A stretch of 64,000 nt of DNA from Haliotis cracherodii. Its lineage: Eukaryota. Positions 1 to 11,741 of the stretch are shown piece by piece. Under the pieces are notes generated by a model. The model searched no databases and was not told where the DNA came from. It saw only the letters and a program-made list of their open reading frames with translations. How positions within the stretch are numbered: the first letter of the stretch is position 1; each line of letters begins with the position of its first letter. The stretch lies in the NCBI RefSeq assembly GCF_022045235.1, contig NW_027266275.1:63488001-63552000 (forward strand). The letters are read 5' to 3'. The translations under genes and the position numbers were made by a program.

Positions 1-840
1 GCATGCTTCGGCATGACTGTGAAGAAGATTCCAAACAGGGTAGGAGCAAATAGACAGCCCTGCTTTACTCCACTGCAGATGTCGAAAGCCTCAGAGGGCG
101 AGCCGTCCAACAGCAAGATATCAGTATGGAGTGACTGGATCATGCTGTAGATGAATGTGACATAGATTGGCTGCTTCTGCTCTCTGATGTTATCGTGCAG
201 CTGTCAGACTGAGAAGATCATGTTAGTCGTCAATCGTTCTGCCCTTAATCCACACCGTGATTCCAGATGCACCCAATCAGCAAGTCTGTCTGTTCAGGAC
301 CACACAAGCGAAGAGCTTTCCTGCGATACTCAGCAAAGACATCCATAAAGTTGTAACACCCTTGATGTTGTACAAGGTGACGGTGTCGAGGTCCCTCCTA
401 TCCCTGGGCAACACTCCCTATTCTCAACACTGACACAGAAGTTCAGGAGCCACTTACAGCAGTTGACGGCTTCTGGAGAGATCCCATCCATTCCGAGCGC
501 TAACCCGCAAAACGGCCTTGTTCAGCTCTTCCACCGAGGATTTCTCGTCCTGCGGCTCCATTACTGGTAAATGCTAAATGGCTTCCAGTGCAGTCAGAAA
601 TGTTGTTTTCCCCCCGTGGTAGTGCTCAACCTTCTTGCCCTGTTCAGTGATCGTTTCCCCTGTTGCAGATTTCAGTGGTACTGTCTTGACTTGAGTTGGA
701 CCGATGCTTTCGTGATGCCGTTGTACATACCTTGGATACTCCCATCTTCAGTTGATAATTAAATGCCCTCACAAAGCAAGTAGTTGTTTGCCCATATTGT
801 TGCTGCTTTCCGTCAGTTGTCAGAGCGTGCAGGGTCATCT
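1..840 (-). mobile_element. Decayed RTE/BovB-type LINE reverse transcriptase fragment
   Basis: Minus strand reads LDGSPSEAFDICSGVKQGCLFAPTLFGIFF and SLLSIAGKLFACVVLNR, with frameshifts; GC-richer sequence to ~2270 may belong to the same element. Confidence 0.8.
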
Positions 841-2623
841 GGTTGGGGTAGCGTTTGTATTGTTATTGCTGCACACCTCCCCTCAGTGACAGGGATGTAG
901 TCGCAGGAGTGGGCTTTAAGCATGAGTTTTCCCCTGCTTCCCAAATGGAAGAGACAAAATCCTTTCCAGATTCATAAGAAATCGCTGCCAAAAGGAACGA
1001 CCATAACATGAGCATTCATCCATGAATAACCATCAAGTAGTGATGATACCAGGTGTTTGTGAAAAGGGGAGCGTATCCTGGCCTACCAGCGGGAACCATC
1101 ACAAACAGGGACAAAAGCAAATCAATTGTTCACCGGAAAAATACGGGAACATGTGGTACAAGCCAAAATAGAGAATTGCATCATATTTATCACTGATGTG
1201 TCAAATTTGGAAAAGGCTTCTGAAAGGCTCAAACTGAAGCAGAGTGGATCTTTGCTTAGCCCCATCTTTGCTTGGCATCTCCCTGTGGATGTTCTGTAAC
1301 CAGATAATCATCTAAGTCATCAGTAAAGGAGTAAAGGTCCATGGACTTACTGACATCGATACGAGTCTTTCCCTCGAGAAGCCATCCATCTTCATTTATC
1401 TTGTCAATTCCGTATTCCAGGATGAACGGCTGGTACCCACTCTTGCACTGAAGTCGCCAAGCAGTTGCAGCTGTTCTTGCCTTATCCGCTCTTTTATGAC
1501 AATCTGGAGCTTGTCATAGAACTTGAACTCGTCCTTTGCCTCCTCCTGGAGCAAGGGGTAGGGATAGACACGCTGATGTGGTTGACAGGCCCATCGGATG
1601 AGGAGTCGGAGGGCCAGCCGTTTTCAGCACACGGGTCAGGCTGGTGAGAGCCCTAAGCCTGGCACCCTTCCTAGCTGGGGGCTGCCTGGCTTGAGGTGGG
1701 TGATAGCTGTCCAGCGAGGTATTATGATATCGCCCATGATCGGAAGCAGCCCCTTGTACTATATTCTACGCCCATCAATCTAGGCTCATCACCAGTAGAC
1801 TCCTGCTGCACGGGTTGTGTCGCTCTAGCGCACAGACCTTGGCAGCTAAATGTGGAGTGGCAGCTGTTGTCCATCCAACAGATCCCCCCTCGCCCCTCTC
1901 CATATCTCACTGACAGATACAAGGGAAAGGCAAAAGCCAGTACTGCTTAGTATCAGAGGCGTCGCAAGAACTGACTGAAGGATTTTGAAGACAACAGTAC
2001 ACTGCCTTAGAAATAAAAGCGACAAAACCCTTTCCAAGTTCTTAAGAGGTCTCTGCCAAAAACAGAGTCGATTGTACGATTCTGACTATATCATGAGCAT
2101 GTGTTTACTTAGACTTCCCTTAGACTTTTCCACGGATGGGTACAGCTGCACAGCAGCAGGGGTTTGGAATGAGGGTCTTCTTTCTCCTGGAAGAGCAACT
2201 AGCCGTGGCTAACGAGACCCCTCTGCCCGAAGCATCTACCCACAGTCGCTTGTCCCCAAATGCCACCCCGGTATTGGTCAGATCACAGTTTAAAAAAAAA
2301 AGTTGTGATATTTGCAATGTTAAGATACATACTGTCTGCAAGAAAGGGGTACATTAATTTTTCCTACAAAGCAAGGCAAATGTGAATATTTTCAGTAAAT
2401 TAGGGGTTTGATTATTTATTAAGAAATAACCCCGAACCCCGATCCGACCCGCCCCTCCTTGAAAATCAATGGCTGCTCCCTTGTGGAAGAAGGGAAGAGC
2501 TTGAATGCCGTTATCGTTATTTCAACAACTAAGGATTGGTTCCGCATTAATAGTAACACCATGTCCAAGAATCTCTGTCCATTTGGGATTTAATAACGAA
2601 TAAATCTACATGTCAAATCTCAC

Positions 2624-2702
2624 CTGGAACACAGCCGTCCAGCATTGGGACAGAACTTTTGGTTATGAAACATCCATCCTTTGTCATTACATGCATTTGA
2701 TT
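2624..2702 (-). CDS. EPDR: EPDR-A exon 3
   Basis: 79 nt, ends CVP+G, donor GTGAGA. Confidence 0.85.
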
Positions 2703-4343
2703 CTATTTAAATAGAATGTAAAACATAAATTAAATTCAAGACAATGATTCATATCGCAAAAAAACATATTAGAGTTCATCATTGATTACATGATTCTGGC
2801 ATAATATATGACACTGGCAATGTATTTATATGTGAATTTGTTGGTGACTTAAAAGAGCGTTTTATAAGGATGAGAAGAATCTGATGAAGACTAAGATGAG
2901 CTCTGACTGTAATCGAATCGATGACAACGTTGTTGGTCACACTGCTGCCGTTGACGTAATTCAGCGTCGCTTCAACCATCATCTTCCTAGCATAGAAATC
3001 GTAGTGGATGACGTTATCGCCCTGAAATGCATGCAGGGAATATTATTTTGGGGTTTTCATTCTTAAAAAACTAATCACCTCTGTTGCACTGAAGATTGAG
3101 TGAGTGAGTGAGTGAGTGAGTGAGTATGGTTTTACGCCGCTTTTAGCACTATTCCAGCAATATCACGGCGGGGGACACGAGAAATGGGCTTCACACATTG
3201 TACCCATTATCGGGAATCGAACCCGGGTCTTCGGCGTGTTGCACTGAAGAACGATCACTCGCTATCCAATGCTAAATTTCCTTGATTTCACAATATACAT
3301 GGCAGCTAATATGTTCACGTTGTTATAGTATGTGTTTAACAGGTTATAAGGTCTCTACAAGGCAAATATCATGATCAATACTGTTGGTTTCAAGCCTTTT
3401 CTAGCAGAAATAGTTAAACAGCCCACAAGTCAAACACACAAATAATTTTATCGGAAATAAGGTAATCATTCATTTAAGATACACACACCTTATCCAATAA
3501 TATGAGATAGCTACGTGATAAATCGCAAAGAACAATGAAGAACGAAGCGTGTGTGTTTTTCACGATAAAACAGTGTTCCATCGTGACGTCATTTCTGGAG
3601 ATTCGAACATGCGCTCGCAACTTGACGTCGTATATATGACGACGTTATTTGTTAGAAGTTAGTGTCTAGTGAGTTTTTCCCCATAGATGTAGCCGGGCAA
3701 CGCATATAAAGGCGATGGCCGTACGATCGCATCCCAAAGCGTGAGAGATATGACAATCGGTATCGGGAGAAATTGTACAGGTTATCGACGTGAGGATTGT
3801 AGGCGGGAAATACCCACCAATGCATAAAATGGACTTGTCCGACATTGCCGAAGTCGGAGGGAGTCATCATTTTTTAATACCGGTTAATAGTTTTAAAGCT
3901 CGTACATTTTATCACCATCCTTTATCAGGCTGTAGACAATGTTGATATCTCATATAAAAAATAAACGACTTGTGGTCGTTGTTTATCATACAATAAAACA
4001 CACTTCAGGGAGAACAAACCACTCGGGGCTGGGCCCTCATGGTTTATTCGCCCTGCAGCGTTTTATTGTACGATAAACAAACTCCCACACATTGTTTATT
4101 TCTTCATTAATAGGGGAGTAGAAGTAGATTAATGCTCTAATTAAAACTTTAATGTGCCGGAGGTACTGCATTGCTAGCCACGTGTCTACTCACATTTATC
4201 AAAGCTGGATTTGGCTTTCCCTTTTGGGTGAATAAGCCACCCCCTACTTCACCCATCCTGGCCTCAAACTGGCGGTCCATGCAGCATGGCTTGCCTGCCA
4301 GCGTTGACGCCACGAGGATGCCAGAAAACAACAAGGACAACAT
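2624..4343 (-). CDS. EPDR: Ependymin-related protein paralog A, partial (exons 1-3: 4194-4343, 2908-3021, 2624-2702; exons 4-6 not found in window)
   Basis: Spliced GT-AG translation MLSLLFSGILVASTLAGKPCCMDRQFEARMGEVGG...LIN|GDNVIHYDFYARKMMVE...DSIT|NQMHVMTKDGCFITKSSVPMLDGCVP. Signal peptide, CC-x3-QF, YD motif, C..CxP; same exon sizes and phases as paralog B. Confidence 0.85.
2908..3021 (-). CDS. EPDR: EPDR-A exon 2
   Basis: 114 nt, tttcag acceptor, aligns with exon 2 of paralogs. Confidence 0.85.
3097..3237 (-). mobile_element. SINE A, 5'-truncated
   Basis: TSD tgttgcactgaaga. Confidence 0.85.
3497..4105. repeat. ~600-bp interspersed repeat ending in a long hairpin
   Basis: Inverted homolog at 20742-21338; hairpin at 3955-4105. 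Confidence 0.75.
4194..4343 (-). CDS. EPDR: EPDR-A exon 1
   Basis: ATG at 4343, 50 codons, donor GTGAGT. Confidence 0.85.
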
Positions 4344-4644
4344 ATTAACAGAACTCGTCTGAGGGACGTATTTGCTTGAACTGATATCACAAATTGGGCC
4401 ATATGTTCAAAATCCCATTGCCAGGGCATCAAAGGACAAGCCCATTTCTCCTGATATCTTCGGACAGTTATAAATACCTGTCAGCAGGTCAACGCGTTCA
4501 GCTCAGAAATAATGTTTTATAAGGACTTGCTCAATTCTGATTCTGACTGAGGGCAGTGTCAACAATAGGTTAAATGTAAATGTCCTACACAAATGTTGAC
4601 GATAGAAGAAATGATATATCTGAAAGCTTAAAGACATAATTTTA

Positions 4645-4993
4645 GGTGAGGTGAGGTGAATTGTGGTTTAACGTCGCGTCCAAGATTATTGCACTCATAT
4701 GGTGACGTGCATGTACGTGTGTGTGTCACTTGTCTGGACTTATGCCGATTTATAGTGCTAGCACACTGAGATACCATGCCGCAATCTAACATGAATACCC
4801 AACTCACACACAGTATACTGACTCCGAGCCGACCAGTCCTTGTTTTAGCCCCTTACTGCCGAACGCCAGACAGGGTAACAACAAGTACCATCTTTTAACG
4901 TCTTTTGGTATGACGCAGCCGGCGATCGAACCCCGGACCTCCCGCTTTACATCCACCGGGCGGACGCTATACCACTACACCACGGAGGCCGTC
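4645..4993 (-). mobile_element. SINE family B (tRNA head, Meta/MESC-like core, (CACCT)n tail, ~340 bp)
   Basis: A/B boxes tagtggtagagc / ggttcgatc; core ggactggtcggctcggagtcagtatactgtgt; more than 12 copies in window. Confidence 0.88.
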
Positions 4994-5124
4994 ACATAAA
5001 TTTAGAACTGTAAAGAACTTAAAGAAACCTAAACATACAAGATATGAATAAACGTGGTATATCATGAGCACGTTACCTTTAGATAATGCTTATGAAAAAG
5101 TGTCTGCTTCCTTTCAAGCATTTA

Positions 5125-6618
5125 TACTCTTCAAAAAAAAAACCGCACAGGTAGATTTTTAGTAAATTTATTGTACCTAATAAAGTCGATATATTAAATT
5201 TAATATCATTGATACAAATATGAAATTTTGGAGCTCGATAGTCACATGTTGTCGTTGTACAAAGGCATTGAAAACTGTTCATTGTCATGTCACATAAGGC
5301 CACAAGATTGCGCTGAACTCAGCATCTCCCCGGGGAGCAATCACGGCTCTGCATCTCCTTGGCACAGACTGGATAAGTGTACGAATTCTGTCCTGCGGAA
5401 CTTTGCGCCATTCTGCTTGTAACGCGTTGGCCAGTTGTGGGAGTGTCTGTGGCGTGTTCTGACGTTGACGTACACGTCGATCGAGTTCATCCCAGAGGTG
5501 TTCGACTGGGTTGAGATCTGGAGATCCTGACGGCCAGGGCAAGTCGTTGATGTTGGCATTATGGAGTCTACCGTGACACGAGCTGTGTGCGGTGGTGCGT
5601 TGTCCTGTTGAAACAGCTACCTCTGGCGGTCAATGATTGGAAGAAAGTGAGGTTGAAGAATATGATTTATGCAGCGATTTGCTAACCAATACTCCTGAAC
5701 CACAACCAAGTCAGGATATGGCCCCCCAAACCATGACACTAGGGCCACCGAATTCGTCGAATTCACGTACACAATGTGGGTCAAAACGCTCATTTCGACG
5801 ACGATAAACACGTTGTCGTCATATCGCCGGTGACGAAAAAATCGTGATTCATGGCTAAACCACACTCGTCTCCAGTTTCTCAAATTCCAAGGCTGTAAGG
5901 TATGACACCAACACAAGCGTCGCTGTCGATGGATTTGTTGCAAAACAGGGACGATAACTGGTCTTCTGGGATTCCAGCAGCATCGCGAAGATGGTTCCTG
6001 ACAGTCTGGTCCGATATCCCCCTCAAACCAGGGATGCGTCCTGCACTTTCCGTAGCTTTGGCATTGCGATGACGTAGGTGGAATGTAGCGATCCTGCGCA
6101 GGGGTGGTAAGTCTTGGTCGCCCGGTTCTCGGACGGTCTGCAGTGAAATTGAACTGTGTGTATCGGTCACAAAGGTGGCAAATGATGCTGTGGTGGATGT
6201 TGAAGTGGCGTGAAACAGAAGACTGCGATTCCCTTCTTTGGATACGTCCTATGGGGATGTTCCGATCGGCAGCGCTGAGTTTCCGGCATTTTCGAACTTG
6301 AAAAATGTTGACAATTAAATAAAAAATTATTGGCTTATTGCTTGCCTTTTCATAGCCACTACCACGAGTTACGAATGTCATAACTTGCACGTGCATTTTG
6401 TTTCACTGTTTTCCTCCATGACATTTTTTAACAAGTGTGAAAACAATGCCGTTTAAGACATTGCAAATCGATAATGGCTGCGTTTTGACGCACCGTTTGT
6501 CGAATATCAGGCCACCAACATTTTCCTATAACATATATCCAATTTATATTCCGGATTTTGTGTGTAGTCAGGTTCAATGAACTACATACAACCTGTGCGT
6601 TTCTTTTTTGGAAGAGTG
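5125..6618 (-). mobile_element. Full-length but decayed Tc1/mariner transposon
   Basis: TIRs (t/c)actcttcaaaaa...cgcacagg and cctgtgcg...ttggaagagtg with TA flanks; motifs RPRTGRPRLTT, WRRVWFSHESRF, QQDNAPPH, PWPSGSPDLNPVEHLW split by frameshifts. Confidence 0.92.
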
Positions 6619-6850
6619 TAAATTAAATTGAAATAATTGTCTTATGTGAACTTCAGTTGATAGTTTTTGCAGGGTTATGGGGACTCCGGGGGCTTCCTTT
6701 AACTTTCACTAACTTCATATATAAACCAAGAATTAGTGGACGAAATAACATACGACTTGGACACCGTTCCACAAAGGGATCTTAGCGCTACGATCATCGT
6801 AAATCCATGTTAAAGTATGGGAGTTACGATAGTCTTCCTGGAACGGGACC

Positions 6851-8384
6851 CTGGTCACAATCAGGGAAAATATTCTTTAGACAAGCTTGTTACAAGGACT
6901 TGGATGATTACTTACAGGATGAAAGGGAGGTCAGATGTACGTTTTCATTTTGCAGTTGTACTGTCTTGATATGATTTATCATTAGATTTTTTGCCAAGGC
7001 AATGGCCCCAAAACATGTGATTTGTTTTCGATATAGTTTGCAGCCTGATTTTTCACTAACTTTGATGAAGCTTGAATGTTAGGATTTAAAAATGCATTGT
7101 ATGTTACTACATTAGCGTAAGAGAGTAGCAATCTCTATTGAATTGAAGGTATGTCACAATGTCCTTTCTGAAAATTTGGCAAGTTGACACTTCCTCACAA
7201 AAAAGTTATGCTTGTTATAATTATTTTCAAGAATTTTACATACAAATTTGTAATTCTCATGTGTCAACGAAATGTGTTTATGTGTAGCTGTTTTGTTGCT
7301 TTTTCCAACATTCGGAATACCAACTTTGTGAAAAATGGCATGGTTATCAGGAATAATCTTGGTTATGTAGGCAGGTGAGGGTCAACATTGCTATTTTCAG
7401 CTTATGTTTTGTAGTGTCCGTAGCCCTATGGCTATTTAAGTGTTTTAATATATTTTACAGATTATCCCAAGATACTAATCTCTGGTGGAGTTATTTGAAT
7501 TACCTTGCAACACAGATGTCCGTGGCCCTGTTTAATACCTGATATTTTGAAGGAACAGTTCAGTTAGCAACTAAATTAACCAAAGGAGATATTTCATTTA
7601 ATATGTAGACCTACATTAATCGGACTCTTTCCTTTGCTCTATTCAATTGGTTTTGAATATTTGGGACATTTTACAATATGTAGTGTCCTTAGCCCCAGAT
7701 ATTTAGATGTTTATATTTTGCTTTTTATTGAGTAGTTTCCAAAGAAAAAAGTTATCTATTTGAATTTAACATTAATTTTTATCTTATTACAGTTTGTCTG
7801 TTCACTTATTAGACACAAAATTAGATTAGATGCAAAATGTAGTGTCCGTAACCCTATATACAGGGCACGCGAGTCAGTTGCCTTGATATTGATATTTGCA
7901 CTCATTGGATTACAAGTTTGCCCTATACTACTATCTTAAGTTTTTAAAGGATTTGATAAAACTTACTAGATATTGATTTCCAGGTGTTTTCAGAAGAGAA
8001 ACGGCTACTTTCAGTTTATTTACTTCATTTTCATGTTTCATATTCTTTCTCAGACAGAAAAAAGGCTGTTTACTTTGCAATAGGCCCTATTGTGTCCAGT
8101 CAAATAGAACACATACCTGCCCTCATTGTTTTGCTGAATAGACTGTCAATTTCAAGAGACGTTTTTATATTTCTTCAATGTAATATAGCACTTTGTAGTG
8201 TCCGTAGCCCATGGGATGTTTATCATGTGTTTGAGACAAAACCGAATTAAAATAAGAAAAAAACCTTTTCAGGCAAAAAGGTGCAAGTATAGACCTTTTA
8301 TTTTCTTACACCACTAAGCGCTTTAATTGCACTTGGTTTTTCAACAAAAAGTGCAACAAACATGTTCTCCCTGATTGTGACCAG
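6851..8384. mobile_element. Non-autonomous TIR DNA transposon (~1.5 kb)
   Basis: TIR ctggtcacaatcaggga / tccctgattgtgaccag, possible ACC duplication; internal repeats tgtagtgtccgtagccc near 7410, 7680, 7840, 8194; no ORF. Confidence 0.65.
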
Positions 8385-8669
8385 ACCGATAGCATACATT
8401 TTGATAACTTATCCATACTCTCCTGTGCTTTAAAATGAGGGGTCGGCCTCATGAACTCAAAACTGACGTTCATTAGGACACATTTTGACGTTCATACGGT
8501 TTTCACGAGACTGTTATCATTATTAAGCAAGGGGCACGGGTGGCCCACTCGCCTAAGGCACCGGAACTCGCTGAGCAGAGCTGCGTCCCTTTGGCACACC
8601 AGAAACCTGCGTGTGGCTGATCGTTCAGAAATACGACAAAGATCATGTTCACTCAACTGTCAATTTATT

Positions 8670-8744
8670 CTACAGCTGCATCCGGAAGTGTTTCATCAAA
8701 CTCTCCGCCTTGTCAATGCTGCGTCTGACCACATCGGGAGCATC
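8670..8744 (-). CDS. EPDR: EPDR-B exon 6
   Basis: DAPDVVRRSIDKAESLMKHFRMQL*, then AATAAA. Confidence 0.75.
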   Translation of the reverse strand, partial: DAPDVVRRSIDKAESLMKHFRMQL

Positions 8745-11692
8745 CTGAAAGTCGTGAATCGTTAAGTGGAGAAACCATCCAAATGTAAATATTAGGTTTG
8801 CTGTTTGCTTGTTGTTTAACGATGTACTCAGCAATATTACAGCTATATGACGCCGGTCTGTAAATAATCGTGTGAATAATCCAGTGATTGACATCATGAG
8901 CATTGATCTTCACAATTGGAATCTGATGACATGCATCAACCAAGTCAGCGAGCCTGACCACCCGATCCCGTTAGTCGCCTCTTACCACAAGCATTGGTTG
9001 CTGGAGACCTATTCTAACCAAGATAGTCACATGGGTATTTGTGGAGGTAGACCAACTGGGCTTACATTAGGAGGAATAGAGATGCAGTTGCTGGGGACAT
9101 TGAAGACGTTCATGTTTCTGATCCCAGGCTGGAAGTTGGTTATGACGTAGAGAATATCCGCGAAACCTGCAAAAAGTCAGATTTTTTTAAATCTTTCACA
9201 ATGAATTGTCGTTTGAAAAAGGGCAAACGACCGTATAGCGAGTGAGTGAGTGAGTGTGTTGGGTTTAACGCCACTTTTAACATTATTCCAATTATATCAC
9301 GGTGTGTCAGCTTAATGTTGGAGGAAAGCCCGAAGTGATGTAGGTCTCAGACGTTTACCACTTCGGTGAAACCCTCGAGCACGGATATGGTGCTGACAAA
9401 CCTAGAAACATAATCGGAGTGAACCGGGATTCGAACCCACAATCATAGGTTTCTGGCGTGTCCAGGGGACGCAACTCTGCACAACGAATCGCGGCGCCTT
9501 AGAGATAGGGATAAGGTTAGGTCTAGGGATAAGGTAAGGTCTAGGGATCAGGATAGGTCTAGGGATCAGGTTAGGTCTAGGGATCAGGTTAGGTCTAGGA
9601 TAAATTTAGAGATAGGGATAAGGTTAGGGATAGGGTTAGGTCTAGGGATCAGGTTAGGTCTAGGGATCAGGTTAGGTCTAGGATCAGGTTAGGGATAGGG
9701 ATAAGGGTAGGTCTTGGATAAGGTTAGGTCTAGGGATAAGGTTGCTTTGTTGTTTTTTGTATACCGCTGTTATTTGTTGTTTTAGTCAGCAATATTTCAG
9801 CTATATCACGGTAATCTTGGCTAGACAAACCACTTATTAATATTATAAGCAAAGTTCAACTCCGCCTGGGGTACAATCACAAGCATTCAACCATGTCATC
9901 GAGCAAGATCGCACAACACAACAAGCCGTCTTTAGGGCAAACACAGGTTACTGGAGACCTATTTTGACACGGACTAGGGCGAGGGTTAGGTTTAGTGTTA
10001 GGGCTATCTTAGTCTGTATGTAAATTGCAGCCCCTCAACCGGAAATAAAGGACTCGACAGTTCCTCACCTGAAGTACAATTATTTACAGGATTTTGACTC
10101 CTACACTGATTATAATGCCACACGTAGCATACCTCCTTGGAGGGTGCCAAAGAATGATTCGAAAATAGGAATGCATCCGTGATCCGTCACAGAGAGTCGC
10201 ACAACATTGTCAGTTCCAGGTGCCAAGAACTGCCAGGTTGTGAAGGGTATCGCCTTGACGCCAAATCCGATATAGCTTTCTCGTATCTTGACAGCATCGT
10301 CTGAAAAATCCAGTTTTGACAATATGATAAGATGGACACTGGTTCCACATCAACAGTAAAAAAGCATATCATTTGAATTAATGACAGACATTTGTGGAAT
10401 GTACAAATGTCTGTCTGCCTGTCTGTCCGTCTGTGTGTCTGTCATTTGGATGATGGGATCTTTACAACTGTTGTTGATTTGAACAGACATCATACATGGG
10501 GGCATAAAGCATTTATGTGAGCAACCAGAAATTATAATAAAAGCCATTCCATAGCCAAGGGAATCGATTGTATCATCCCTAATGTATCATGTGCATGTGT
10601 TTATAAATCACTATCAAATACAAATGGTACCAAGGCCCACTTGCACAGAACAATCTTAGTGCTAAGACTATCGTAAGCCATGTTAAAGTATGGGAGTTAT
10701 GATCATCATTGCGCTAAGATCGTTTTGTGCAAGTGGGCCCTGGTGTTCGCGAAAAGGTGAGCGTATCCTGCCCCACCCGTGGCACCCGTCACAAACACAT
10801 GCAAACAATTGTAGAAGTTACTCCGATATTTTGTTTTAATATTGAGAAGAGTGCAGATTTCTGAAGAAAAGAAACACTGCGAGGTGTGAAATGTTTTCAT
10901 TGTATCGACACGCTGTGTGCTTTTTGGGAGGCGTCTCAGTGTGACAGACAAAATGAACTTCTTCGATTGCCAAATGTTTCGTTAAGTGAAATGTATTACT
11001 TGTCACACCTCTCTGTGGTGAAAGATGTATGTTGAAGGACAACAAGTGGTAAGGTGAAATGGGGTTTGACGTCGCGTCCAAGAATATTGTACTTATATAG
11101 CGTCGTGCATGTACGTGTGTGTGTGTCTGCTTGTACTTGTTGGACTGATAACGATTCATAGTGCTAGGCCACTGAGATACCATGCCGCAGTTTAACAGGA
11201 ATACCCTACTCAGACACAGGATACTGACTCCAAGCCGACCAGTCCTTGTTTTAGCCCCCTAATGCCGAACGCCAGGCAGGGTAACCACAGGTACGTATGA
11301 CGTGGCCGGGGATCAAACCCCTGACCTTCCGCTCTCCGGGCGGACGCTCTACCACAAGACCACGGAGGCGGTCTGGAAGACATACAGCCAAGCAGTTCGT
11401 CGTTCAGCAGAGATATTCGAAAGACAAAAAAGATAAATTTATATTTCGTTATTGATATGATAAGAAAGAAATGATAATGATAACCTCACCTGGTATGCAG
11501 GTCTCTATGAAGGGAGCAGTATCTTCCATCAAGTAACATACATACTTCGTCAGTATGGTCATTTTCTTCTATTAAATTATTGAGCAAAAAAGTATAGTTA
11601 CAGAAAATAAAGAGGTTCCAAATGCACTAGCGAAATAATTTATGCCAAATTTAAGTGCACTAATAAAGTGACGTGCATGCATGTATTTCTGC

Positions 11693-11741
<49 letters not shown>

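Noticed and set aside
5617-6396. Active Tc1 transposase
   Set aside because: Multiple frameshifts, and the first catalytic Asp is replaced (FSHESRF).
9027-9065. Read-through end of EPDR-B exon 5 (VSPVGLPPQIPM*)
   Set aside because: A GTAAGC donor sits at the same position as in paralogs C and D, and a good exon 6 with AATAAA exists; the read-through stop lies in a repeat.
9503-9743. True telomere or chromosome-fusion site
   Set aside because: Degenerate 18-bp higher-order repeat inside an intron, with few exact TTAGGG units.
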